Positions 17,520-17,765 of a stretch of DNA of 17,765 bases are shown here, in pieces (the first letter of the stretch is position 1; every line of letters begins with the position of its first letter). Made by a program: the position numbers and the translations under genes. Below the pieces are notes generated by a model. It had not been told where the DNA came from, ran no database searches, and saw only the letters and a list, made by a program, of their open reading frames with translations. This stretch comes from Promethearchaeota archaeon (GTDB taxonomy: Archaea > Asgardarchaeota > Lokiarchaeia > Sigyniarchaeales > SOKP01). The stretch covers positions 1-17,765 of the forward strand of contig JBHLME010000093.1 of the NCBI GenBank assembly GCA_048938445.1, read 5' to 3'.

Positions 17520-17600
17520 AAGTGCTAAAAATTTATAAAATAACTACTGAAAAATGATTTTACCATAGCTATAAAAAATAGTGTGTTATATAGGGAGATA
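17520..17600. repeat. Direct repeat 2, copy B (non-coding part)
   Basis: 73/81 identical to 14421-14501. Confidence 0.9.
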
Positions 17601-17700
17601 GGAAGGTTATATCATTTATTTCTTTTTGTTAATCTATTTCAAGTTATTTTTTTTTAATTTTATAAAGGTTTATTGAAAAATCTCCTTGAAACTAACAAAA

Positions 17701-17765
17701 CTATTTAAGTGTTGCGGTTACCTTAGTGAAAATTAGCGCTATATCTTGCACTTCCTCTGCAAATA
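17701..17765 (-). CDS. Possible 3' end of a gene entering from beyond the window
   Basis: The minus frame reads FAEEVQDIALIFTKVTATLK* with TAG at 17703-17701, and GC rises locally. Too short to identify. Confidence 0.4.
   Translation of the reverse strand, partial: FAEEVQDIALIFTKVTATLK

Noticed and set aside
17695-17713. AAGTGTT half-site as a fifth operator copy
   Set aside because: The left half-site (ACAAAAC) does not match, and it overlaps a probable gene end.

Overview
AT-rich archaeal window, most likely from a Lokiarchaeia (Asgard) genome. This assignment is an inference from a Loki-CTERM-type IPGY-TM-basic tail and the 'EEEFWGHCSN..AW.E..YDTRLLH.NLAFPLLKKL' N-terminal domain I recognise as Lokiarchaeia-typical. 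The window encodes three surface or membrane proteins (a 5'-truncated Ig-like single-pass protein, an 8-repeat beta-propeller, and a 12-blade kelch/FN3 protein). It also encodes two TPR proteins, a CGGC protein, an HdrD/GlpC-like Fe-S protein, DUF7000-like and DUF4313-like proteins, a NERD-SF1 helicase, and a low-GC pair of a small TM protein and a P-loop ATPase/Zn-ribbon/wHTH protein. The most notable signals lie outside the ORF track. Two compositionally atypical cargo blocks are each bracketed by a direct duplication of the upstream region of the resident gene lying downstream on the minus strand. The kelch gene sits between 41-bp copies (40/41 identical). The TM+ATPase pair sits between ~240-bp copies, one of which carries a decayed 5' fragment of the NERD helicase gene. 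A palindromic ARYAYTT-N5-AAGTGY motif occurs four times. The kelch blades run ABCDEF-EFABCD, so the second propeller is a circular permutation of the first. I found no tRNA, rRNA, CRISPR array, integrase or transposase.
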